This document shows positions 47,201-54,954 of a stretch of DNA of 64,000 bases, piece after piece (within the stretch, counting starts at the first letter, position 1; each line of letters begins with the position of its first letter). The notes beneath the pieces are model-generated. The model searched no databases, had not been told where the DNA came from, and saw nothing but the letters and a program-made list of their open reading frames with translations. Source of the DNA: Dehalococcoidia bacterium (GTDB lineage: Bacteria; Chloroflexota; Dehalococcoidia; Lucifugimonadales; CAZENU01). The stretch is taken from positions 403,699 to 467,698 of the forward strand of contig CBDCTC010000005.1 of NCBI GenBank assembly GCA_965222125.1, given 5' to 3'. A program made the position numbers and the translations under genes.

Positions 47201-48832
47201 ATGATGGCGCCTGACCCGCCCGGGCACGAGATCACGGAGTTCCCGTTCTTCACGTTCCTGTTCGCGGACCTGCACGCCCACCTGATGGCCATCCCGTTCA
47301 CGCTGCTGGCCCTCGGCCTGGCCCTGGCGCTCGTGCTCGGCGCGCGCGGCGGCCGGGGCGCCTCCAGACTCGGCGTGACCATCGACGAGGCCGCGTTGCT
47401 CGCCATGCTGGGCGTGGCCGTCGGGGCGCTCAGGACGATCAACGCGTGGGACTTCCCGACGTATCTGCTGATCGGCGGCGGCGCGGTCTTCCTGGCCGCG
47501 TACTTACGCAACGGAGGTCCGAGCCTCAAGGTCCTGATCGAGACCGCAGTGAAGTCCGGCGCCGTGTTCCTGGTCGGATATGTCGTCTTGCTCCCATACC
47601 ATCTGAGCTACGAGACTTTCTTTTTCAGCGTCGAGGCGACGACCAACCAGACCGTTCTCTGGCAGTTCCTGGCGATCGCGGGCCTGTTCGTCTTCGTCAT
47701 CGGCTCCTACGCGGTCGTAGAGCTGGCGCCAACGTGGGGGCCGCGTCTGGAGGTGGTGCGGCGGTGGGCGGCGAACACGGTCGCCGTCGAGAACGACCTG
47801 TCGGAGGCGGACCGACGCCGGATCGCCGCGCTGCGGGCGTTCGCGCTGAGCATGGCCGTCGTGGTCGTAGGCTTCGTCGTGTCCGTGTTCGTCGCCGGAT
47901 TGGTCGGCAGCACTGTTCCGTTCGCGCTCGCTCTCGGGCTCATGCTGATGGTCGTGGGCCTCCGGCGCATCGGCTCTGCGGAGGCCGACGCCCCGCACCT
48001 GACCTTCGCGTTGCTGATGTCCGGGGCGGCCTTGGCCCTCGTCGTCGGCCTCGACTTCTACAGGGTCGAGGGCGACATAGACCGCATGAACAGCGTGTTC
48101 AAGTTCTACATTCAGGTGTGGGTCCTGTTGGCGCTGGCAGCCGCGTACCTCCTCTGGCGGTTGGCCGACCGCTTCGGCGTCTCTCTCGCCGGCGCGTCCC
48201 GCGGCAGGAAGCTATGGATGGCGGGGCTGGCCGCGCTCGTCCTCAGCGGCTCCGTATACACCGTCCTCGGGACGGAAGCCCGCAACGACGTGAGGTTCGA
48301 GGACGGCCCGCTGACGCTCGACGGGACGGCCTACATGGCCAGCACCGTGTACCGCGACCAAAGAGGCGATATCGATCTGTCCGCCGATCTGGAGGGAATC
48401 CGGTGGCTGCGCGAGAACGCCGCCGGCTCGCCGGTCGTCCTGGAGGCTTCGACGCCCTCGCAGTACCGCTACCGGTGGAACGGCCGCGTATCCGTGTACA
48501 CCGGGTTGCCGACCATCGCCGGCTGGCAGTGGCACCAGGAGCAGCAGCGCTGGGACTACCAGTGGGCGATCCGCCAGCGCATCCGGGACATCGACCGCAT
48601 CTACGAAACCACCGACCCAGAGGAGGCGCTCTCGCTGCTGCGCAAGTACGACGTCGGGTACATCTACGTCGGAGAGCTGGAGCGCATTTCGTACGCGGGC
48701 GGCGGCCTCAAGAAGTTCGACAGTGAGCTCAGCCAGGACCTATACAGAATCGAAGTGAACGACTACGTCACCATCTATCGGGTACTCGACCACTCCGGAG
48801 ATGCCGCCTCGGCGGGCGCGTTGTCACAGTAG
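44240..48832 (+). CDS. Giant polytopic membrane protein: GT39/ArnT-like glycosyltransferase N-terminus + DUF2298 'Chlor_Arch_YYY' domain
   Basis: 1530 aa with dozens of TM segments. The N-terminal LRLYGVDWDRGYCYTPHPDER resembles PMT_2 family. GYINYYYMGQFFVATL is the YYY motif. Uninterrupted ORF. Confidence 0.8.
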   Translation: MQLASKLNPLGSDRRFDRLDLVALAAIVLVAMVLRLYGVDWDRGYCYTPHPDERAILSHVAELSLPSVTNVGVLLDADESPWNPRWFPYGSFPLYLLSTAAAAYETVPSLPLYSPCGGGGHDLRALGRVISALADVGTVAVLYLLARRMYGRREAILASLLVALAVIHIQLSHFFAVDTIATLCAVLAVYFMLRVGSGGRLRDSILAGVFVGLGLATKISLLPIFLALATAHGVYVLGALRSGRGRAPVEGAAFAAIAGLAAATAASLAVLFVAQPYMFLDWSQFSESVSEQSEMVRRIRDYPYTRQYVDTIPYWYHFRQLSTWGLGWPLGLLALAGLAYAALRGVRPRVGAGYLLAGAAVPAAILMLSSGLPAIVLATAVGSTALLATLAFRSHVSWPAVIVLAWVVPYLLITGAFDVKFLRYLLPITPFLVLFGSRMLIAGWDRLGRGRGTRPARIAVAAAAAVVVAGTAFYAFAYTAVYRDEHPGVRLSGWLNENAQPGSLVLMEHWEEGLPDVADFRFKRLPLYESDTEDKLYNLSTDLAEADYLVLFSNRLYGTIPRLPERYPVSTEYYRLLFDGGLGYELAEAMSSYPRLAGVSFVDDSLARTDLATPAAIESAREAPIVLDLGWADESFSVYDHPLGLVFENVARLDAEAIRVAIMEAAPADALDRGPPEARPLGLLMSPEEARSQREGGTWTGIVRADSWTNDVPTLAWLLAVQGIALVTLPAAMLLFGPLSDRGYLLAKPLGILVVGLIVWLLASLRWMAFGRESVGVAVLLVAAVSVALLAVRRKELFDAIRRRWGIFVVGEAVFVVAFLAFVLMRMANPDLWHSHLGGEKPMDLAYLSAVLKSSYMPPYDPWFSDGYINYYYMGQFFVATLIHATGIDPGVAFNLAVALFFALTAAGAFSIVYNLAEGTRQGRVRLGGAAGRMTGSISPVLAGMAGAFFVAVIGNLDGAIQVGQGVWRVLVENASFGSFDFWRSSRMMAPDPPGHEITEFPFFTFLFADLHAHLMAIPFTLLALGLALALVLGARGGRGASRLGVTIDEAALLAMLGVAVGALRTINAWDFPTYLLIGGGAVFLAAYLRNGGPSLKVLIETAVKSGAVFLVGYVVLLPYHLSYETFFFSVEATTNQTVLWQFLAIAGLFVFVIGSYAVVELAPTWGPRLEVVRRWAANTVAVENDLSEADRRRIAALRAFALSMAVVVVGFVVSVFVAGLVGSTVPFALALGLMLMVVGLRRIGSAEADAPHLTFALLMSGAALALVVGLDFYRVEGDIDRMNSVFKFYIQVWVLLALAAAYLLWRLADRFGVSLAGASRGRKLWMAGLAALVLSGSVYTVLGTEARNDVRFEDGPLTLDGTAYMASTVYRDQRGDIDLSADLEGIRWLRENAAGSPVVLEASTPSQYRYRWNGRVSVYTGLPTIAGWQWHQEQQRWDYQWAIRQRIRDIDRIYETTDPEEALSLLRKYDVGYIYVGELERISYAGGGLKKFDSELSQDLYRIEVNDYVTIYRVLDHSGDAASAGALSQ

Positions 48833-48904
48833 GGAGGACGAGAGCCGCCCGGGCGCAGGCGGCCCCGCGGGGGCTGATTCGCCGCCGGGCGAGTCCCCCG
48901 GCCC

Positions 48905-49906
48905 GTGCGCGGATTCGTCTTTGATAGACTGTCCGAGACCTTCATACTTCCTGGGCAGGCAATGGACTCCGTCATCGCGTCCGCGCAGCAGCTCAACGTA
49001 GAGGTCGTGGAGAACGGCCCGTTGTCCTGGGTGAACATCGAACGCCCCGGGACCGCCGAGATGGCGGTCCTCCGCGAGCGTTACGGGTTTCACCAGCTCA
49101 GCCTCGAAGACTGCCTCAGCGTCGTCCAGATGCCCAAGCTGGACGAGTTCGACGACCATCTCTTCATGGTCATGCACTTTCCCCGGTTCGACAAGCAGTC
49201 CAGGATCACCCAGCCCAGCGAGGTCGACGTCTTCGCCGGCGCGGGCTACATCGTGACCGTGCACTCGGGTGACCTCCGTCCGCTGGTCAAGCTCTTCACC
49301 GACTGCCGGACGAGCGACGAGGTACGCGAAGACCTCATGGGCCGGGGCCCCGGCTACCTGCTGTACCGAATTCTCGACTCGATGGTCGACTACAGCTTCC
49401 CCATCCTGCGGAGCATCATGGCCAACGTCGACGACCTGGAGCGGAGGGTGTTCGAGACCTTCGGGCAGGACGTGGTGCGCGAGCTCGCGCTCGTGCGACG
49501 CGACGTCCTGTCCTATCGCCGCGTCGTCCGGCCGCAGATCGCGGTGCTCGAGGAGATGGAGGAGCGCGACTTCGACCTGCTCAAGGTCGACGGCGAGATA
49601 TACTTCGGAGACTTGGCCGACCACATGCGGCGGATATGGAGTGAGCTGGAGGACCTGAAGGAGGTCGTCGAGGGGCTGTACGACGCCCACGGCTCGTTGG
49701 CCATGATCCGCACCAACGACATCGTGCGAATCCTGACCGTGGCCGCCACCGTGATCCTGCCTTTCGTGGTCGTATCCAGCGTCTACGGGATGAATATCGA
49801 CCTGCCCTTCGACGACACTAGCTGGTCGTTCGCCGCGGTCATGGTTCTCAGTGGGGCCGCGTCTGTCGCCCTCCTGGTGCTGTTTCACTTTCGCCGCTGG
49901 CTCTGA
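48905..49906 (+). CDS. corA: CorA-family magnesium/cobalt transporter
   Basis: C-terminal VSSVYGMNIDLPF (GMN motif) followed by a TM helix. The start is uncertain: GTG 48905 or ATG 48962. Confidence 0.85.
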   Translation: MRGFVFDRLSETFILPGQAMDSVIASAQQLNVEVVENGPLSWVNIERPGTAEMAVLRERYGFHQLSLEDCLSVVQMPKLDEFDDHLFMVMHFPRFDKQSRITQPSEVDVFAGAGYIVTVHSGDLRPLVKLFTDCRTSDEVREDLMGRGPGYLLYRILDSMVDYSFPILRSIMANVDDLERRVFETFGQDVVRELALVRRDVLSYRRVVRPQIAVLEEMEERDFDLLKVDGEIYFGDLADHMRRIWSELEDLKEVVEGLYDAHGSLAMIRTNDIVRILTVAATVILPFVVVSSVYGMNIDLPFDDTSWSFAAVMVLSGAASVALLVLFHFRRWL

Positions 49907-49937
49907 GTCCGGCCCGGGCCGACCGCGCGGGCCTTAG

Positions 49938-51660
49938 CCCGAATCCACCGATGGACATGGATGGACGGCGTGAGGACAGTGGAAGAGGAGTGAGGGAGTT
50001 ACAGGGGCGATGATCCGGGCTCGAATTCGGGTAGACGGGAGGTTGGCGGGGGGTCTGCAGGCGCTTTTGGGGGCGCCAATGGCGGTCTGCGATGGGCGCT
50101 GTGGGACAAGATGAGGACAGAGGACGCGGCAAGAGGCGCTCGCGGACCAGGGTGGCGCGAGTTGGCGGGGACGTTCAGTTGGCCTGATGGCGGGTCAGTG
50201 GCAAACGGGCGCCGTCAGGTCGGGAGTGGAATGGCTCGCAATCGAGCCAGGGCGCGAGTGAACTGGGTTTCCCAAGGCCAGCCCTGTGGCAGATGCAAAG
50301 TGAGGCGGCGGGCCGAGCGGGTGAGCCGTCCGGCCAGGGAGAAGAAGCGCCGCCGGAGGGTCCTGGTGGTCACCACCCCCTCGCCCAGACCGATGCGGGC
50401 TGTCCAGCGGGCCAGGTTGTGGGCCATCACCTGGACCGCCAGCCAGGCGGCGTTGGCGGCGAAGCGGCCCGAGGGGAGATGGTTGAGTCCGACGCCGTAC
50501 TTCAGGTCTCGGATGGCATTCTCGATCTCGGCGTGGCGGCGGTGGTCGGCCTCCAGTTCCAGGGTCTCCCCGTCCCGGTCGGTGATGAAGCCGTGATAGC
50601 TGTAGGTGGCGAAGAGGGCCAGTTGGGAACCGGGCGTGGGCTTCACCCGCCGCACGATGAGCCGTACCGGCGCGGCGTCGGGCTCACTCTGGAAGGGGGT
50701 GTAGGTGATCTCGGCCACATCGGCGGCGCCGTCCATCCAGTAGGGAACCGGCGTCCAGGCATCTTCGGGTATCGCCTCGATGAGATTGTGCAGGCTTTTG
50801 TGCTGGCGGATGGTGATGGAGAAGCGCACGTCCAGCTTGCGGCAGACGACGACCAGGGCCTGGGTGTAGAAGCCGCTGTCGGCCCGCACCGTGAGTTGTC
50901 CCCTGGCCCCGCCGTAGCGCACCCGCCCCACCGTTTCCCGCAGGAAGTGGGCGGCGCCGCGGGCGGTGTTGGCGCGGCCCTCACGCAGCCGGGCCATCAG
51001 CACGTCGCCGGTTCCGGCGGCAATGGCCAGCAGCGGGTGATAGCCCCGCTTGCCGGTATAGCCGTGGTGGCGGGCGCCCTCCTTGGCCAGTCCGTAGGTC
51101 TCGCAGATCGTCGAATCAAGGTCGATGGTGAACGGTGCGTCGCTGGGTCCGGCCCCAGCCGCCCAGGCCTGGGCCAGCAGCTCCCGGCTCACCCGGTCCA
51201 GTTGGCGGACATGGCCCCACCGGAAACTGCGCAGGAAGGTGCCCAGGGTGGAGGGGCCTTGACCGTGCCGCCCAGGGTGCGGGCTGTCCCCCCGGTGCGC
51301 AACACATCGGCGTCGTCAATACAGTCGCCGCCAGCCAGCGCAGACGCAACCAGGGTCATCATCTTGTCGCCCGTGTTGGCCCGGCCCGGCGCATTGCCCA
51401 GGTCGAGGCACTGCTGGACGAGTTGGGGCAGGCCGAGGCGCAGGGCGAGGGTGGCCGGAAGGATCAGCCCGGCATTGGCCACCAGGCGGTGATCGTCGAA
51501 GGCGATACGGATGCGGTCGGGGTGGTGGCGTGGTAGCATCTATTGGGTGCTCCTTTTCTGGGGTGGGTTTCGTGTTTCAAAACCATTATCCCAGATTCAC
51601 AGGAGCACCCTCTTGCCGCTTCAGGACACTGACCCGACGCCCTCCTTCGGTGGATTCGAG
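49938..51660 (-). mobile_element. IS1380-family insertion sequence, copy 2 (1723 bp), inverted relative to copy 1
   Basis: Same terminal repeats as copy 1 (1 mismatch). Its own 5-bp duplication CTTAG (49933-49937 and 51661-51665). Confidence 0.85.
50215..51539 (-). pseudogene. IS1380-family transposase, copy 2, frame-disrupted near 51253-51258
   Basis: N-terminal 116-aa ORF (51189..51539) and C-terminal 325-aa ORF (50215..51192). Copy 1 reads gtcaaggcgccctcc where copy 2 reads gtcaaggcccctcc (1 nt shorter). Confidence 0.8.
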
Positions 51661-51728
51661 CTTAGACAGATGCGCTGTTTGGTACAATCCCGACTGCCTC
51701 GATGGCAACCTTTTATTGGAGTAGACCT

Positions 51729-52904
51729 ATGAAGATCACCGCCGTCCGAACGCGACCGTACATGATCGACCTCGCGAGGCCGCTCGGCGACGCCAACACG
51801 CCGCATGGCTTCGATTCCAGTGCCGGTCTGGCCGTCTTCGTCGACTCCGACGAGGGTGTCACCGGCGTTGCCCCGGGCGCGCCCGGATCTGACGCGGCCA
51901 TCGCGGCGCTGTCGACCCTGATAGTCGGCAGGGACCCGAGGGGCGTCAGGGGACTGTGGCAGAAAATGGTGAACGCGTCGTTCAAGGGCGGCAACGAAGG
52001 CGCGGCCAACGGGGCGATATCCAGCCTCGACGTGGCGCTCTGGGACCTGAAGGCCAAGCTGAACGGCGAGCCGCTGTGGAAGACACTGGGCGCGTCGTCC
52101 AGGCGGGTGCGCGCATACGCCAGCGGCATCGAGATGTGCCTGAACGACGAGGACATGGCCGCGTTCTACGGGCGCAAGGCAGCCGCGGGCGTGTCCGGCG
52201 GCAAGCTCAAGGTGGGCATCGATCTGGAAGCCGACCTCCGCAGGATCGGCGTCATGAAGGAGGCGCTCGAGACCTCCGGGAAGCGGGCGGAGCTGCTGGT
52301 CGACTCCAACGAGTACTGGTCGCCGAAGCAGGCTATCCGCAACATCTCCGCGTTCGAGGAGCAGTTCGACCTGGTCTGGTGCGAGGAGCCCGCGCGGCGA
52401 TGGGACTACCGAGGACTGCGGAAGGTGTCCCAGAGTGTCAAGGCGGCGGTCGCCACCGGTGAGAACCTGAACCACATAGGCGACTACATGGCGCTCATGG
52501 CGAACGAGGCCGTGGACGTAGTGCAGGTCGGCAGCGGCACTTCCGGCATCACCGGGGCGCTGCAGGTGGCCGACATGGCGTACGGGTTCGAGCTGCCAGT
52601 GTCCGTGATGAACTCTCCCGGCAACCACATGGCCCACCTGGCCGCGGCGCTGCCGAACCACATCATGATGGAGGTCATCGACGCCGGCTTCGAGGCCGTC
52701 CTCAACGTCGACAATCACATCGAGGACGGCTACCTCGTCCTCGGAGACGCGCCCGGCCTAGGCTTGGAGTTCGACCTGGAGAAGCTCGAACACATGGCGG
52801 TCGGCCCCTCCGGCGCCAGAACCAGCGCCGTCCCCACGGCCCGCCGCCGCGGCGCAGGCCTATACTCGGTGCCGGTAGGCGAGCCACTCGAGCTAGACCC
52901 GTAG
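51729..52904 (+). CDS. Enolase-superfamily enzyme (mandelate racemase / muconate lactonizing family)
   Basis: Start at MKITAVRTRPY. SSLDVALWDLKAKLNGEPLWKTLG, LLVDSNEYW, WCEEP and GENL motifs. Confidence 0.8.
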   Translation: MKITAVRTRPYMIDLARPLGDANTPHGFDSSAGLAVFVDSDEGVTGVAPGAPGSDAAIAALSTLIVGRDPRGVRGLWQKMVNASFKGGNEGAANGAISSLDVALWDLKAKLNGEPLWKTLGASSRRVRAYASGIEMCLNDEDMAAFYGRKAAAGVSGGKLKVGIDLEADLRRIGVMKEALETSGKRAELLVDSNEYWSPKQAIRNISAFEEQFDLVWCEEPARRWDYRGLRKVSQSVKAAVATGENLNHIGDYMALMANEAVDVVQVGSGTSGITGALQVADMAYGFELPVSVMNSPGNHMAHLAAALPNHIMMEVIDAGFEAVLNVDNHIEDGYLVLGDAPGLGLEFDLEKLEHMAVGPSGARTSAVPTARRRGAGLYSVPVGEPLELDP

Positions 52905-53147
52905 TAGCGCGCGGTGCCTGGAGTTCGAGGCGGGCCGCCGTTGACCCCTTGCCGAGCTGGACATGACGATACGCAGTTACTGTTAGTGTCACCGCATAAC
53001 CGCTCAGATTCTTGAGTGGTAGCTCCCGCCGCCGGTCCTGACTTCGCTCCGCTCCTCGCATAGGACGGCTCGGATGTTGTCGACGGCCATCACGCCAGCT
53101 CTGGCACCCACAACTCATGGTAGTGGAGATTTTCAAGCCCATTCGGG

Positions 53148-53176
53148 TTGACACCTTGTGCTACGCAGTGTATCGT
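53148..53176 (+). promoter_or_regulatory. Candidate sigma70-type promoter (TTGACA - 17 nt - TATCGT) for the 53.2-57.3 kb operon
   Basis: TTGACA at 53148-53153, a 17-nt spacer, and TATCGT at 53171-53176. AT-rich context about 70 nt upstream of ATG 53247. Confidence 0.45.
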
Positions 53177-53246
53177 GTATTAAGCGTGTAGATATCATAT
53201 ATACTCCGATTGTTACGAGATCTGCGACTTCAAGGAGACGAAATCC

Positions 53247-53729
53247 ATGACCGATCTCAATATCCTGTTGGAAGCTGAGCGTCAGCGGTTGGAGACGCAG
53301 CATACGAACCTTCAAGAGCAGGTCCGGCAAGGCGCCGATCAACTTGCGCTCGTGAAAGGTCGCCTAGAGCATGTACAGGCGCTGTTGGGTGAGGAGCGAG
53401 TGGCGGAGAGTCGCGGAGAGGATTCTCCACTATCGGCCCGACACGAGGACGATACATCTCGTAACGTCTGCGATATCGCTGTGGAGATACTCAACGAGCG
53501 CGACGGTAAACCTATGTATTACAAGGAATTGGCGCAGGAGGTCGTGAGGCGCGGCGGCATTCTCAACGGCGCGACTCCTTGGGCCAGTTTGACCGCTAGG
53601 ATGGTCCAGGACATACGGTTCGTCCGTCCCACAGCCAAGGGCTTCTATGCCCTTCGCAGGGACTATCCAACCGCGCGGAACGTGGGAGCCAGGCTGAACG
53701 GCAGCCGGAGGCGGCGTAGTAGAGGCTAG
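53247..53729 (+). CDS. Coiled-coil + HARE-HTH domain protein
   Basis: The N-terminal LNILLEAERQRLETQHTNLQEQVRQGADQLALVKGRLEHVQALL is heptad-like. The C-terminal DIAVEILNERDGKPMYYKELAQEVVRRGGILNGATPWASLTARMVQDIRFVRPTAKGFYALR matches the HARE-HTH pattern. Confidence 0.65.
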   Translation: MTDLNILLEAERQRLETQHTNLQEQVRQGADQLALVKGRLEHVQALLGEERVAESRGEDSPLSARHEDDTSRNVCDIAVEILNERDGKPMYYKELAQEVVRRGGILNGATPWASLTARMVQDIRFVRPTAKGFYALRRDYPTARNVGARLNGSRRRRSRG

Positions 53730-53761
53730 GTCGAGTGGAGTCATCCCCGAGAGGTAGCGCA

Positions 53762-54943
53762 ATGACGTCCCAGTTTGTCCCGACTGTCACCAACATGGTG
53801 ACCATCGTCCGCAACATTATCGAGGGGTATCGCATGGGTCCCATCCGGGCGCTTGCACAGGAGCCGGTGCAAAACTCCAAAGACGCAGCCCGTGGCCAGG
53901 TCCACATCGAATATCGCCTTCACAAACGGCGTGCTGCAGATGGAACGGGTAGCTACATGCTCACCGTCACCGATTGCAACACCTCGGGCTTGGATGGTCC
54001 GGTTCTTTCGTTCGAAGACATCCAGATGAGAGGCAATGTACTTGGCAAAGACGATAACTGGGCTGCATTTGAGGGGATGGGCTATACGAAGGAAGACGAG
54101 AGCGCCCTCGGTTCCCGCGGCCAAGGCAAAGCAGCCTTCCTGTATCACTCGCGTCTGCCCCAAGCCGCATCATCCGGTCAAGACCGTATGATGATGCTCT
54201 ACGACACCCTACTAGCCGATGGTACGTATCGGTTAGGCGTGAGGTACGCCAACCCATTTGACACAGTGCAGTCCCCGCCATCCGCCGGAGATCGAGCTCG
54301 CTCGACCGTCTCTTCTCGTTATACCTCAGACGATGGTACTGAGATTGACCTGGGTTTGGCTCCACTGGCCTCCGTGGGAACCCGCATCACAGTACCACAC
54401 CTATCGCCGGAGGCGGTGGAGGCCATCCATTCTGGTGAGTTGGCCCAGTGGCTCCAGTGCTGCTGGTGGCGCGCCGTGCAGACAGGCTTGAACATTGACA
54501 TAGTTGACGAGCAGGGCAAGACGAAGCCTGTGACCGTTCCCGCGTGGTGGCAGGCCGAACCGTGGAAGAAGCCGAGTCACGGCGTACAGGTATACAACAA
54601 TATTGACGTTGCCGGTGATCTGAGGATCAAGCGCATCGTTCTTCTCTATGATGAGTCTCTACGCGAACCTGACATCGAGGGCTTCACGCACCAGTTCCAT
54701 GGGGTTCAATTGCTGCGAGGTCAGCAGTGGATAGAGACATTAGGGCTGGAGTTGTCAGACTACATTCCACGGGAAAAACGTCCGGGATTCCGTGGATTCG
54801 TGGAGTTCGATCGTCGCACCGAACGTGAGCTTCGGCGAGCCGAAACTACCCAGCACGAGAGTTTTGATCGCCGAGTATCTGGTGTGAAGACGCTCCTCTC
54901 AGCCGTAGAGAACAAAGGCGCCCGGGGCAGAGCACACCGCTAG
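53762..54943 (+). CDS. GHKL-superfamily (HATPase_c_3 / Hsp90-MORC-like) ATPase
   Basis: RBS gagagg lies 8 nt before ATG 53762. N-box AQEPVQNSKDA, G1-like VTDCNTSGLDG, G2 LGSRGQGKAAF. The stop is at 54941-54943, just after a CCCGGGG run. Confidence 0.7.
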   Translation: MTSQFVPTVTNMVTIVRNIIEGYRMGPIRALAQEPVQNSKDAARGQVHIEYRLHKRRAADGTGSYMLTVTDCNTSGLDGPVLSFEDIQMRGNVLGKDDNWAAFEGMGYTKEDESALGSRGQGKAAFLYHSRLPQAASSGQDRMMMLYDTLLADGTYRLGVRYANPFDTVQSPPSAGDRARSTVSSRYTSDDGTEIDLGLAPLASVGTRITVPHLSPEAVEAIHSGELAQWLQCCWWRAVQTGLNIDIVDEQGKTKPVTVPAWWQAEPWKKPSHGVQVYNNIDVAGDLRIKRIVLLYDESLREPDIEGFTHQFHGVQLLRGQQWIETLGLELSDYIPREKRPGFRGFVEFDRRTERELRRAETTQHESFDRRVSGVKTLLSAVENKGARGRAHR

Positions 54944-54954
54944 AGGGCCCAGGG

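Noticed and set aside
35183-51660. Composite transposon formed by the two IS1380 copies
   Set aside because: Each copy has its own matching 5-bp direct duplication (CTAAA and CTTAG). The outer flanks do not share a duplication, and the cargo is ordinary chromosomal housekeeping genes. Two independent insertions explain the data better.
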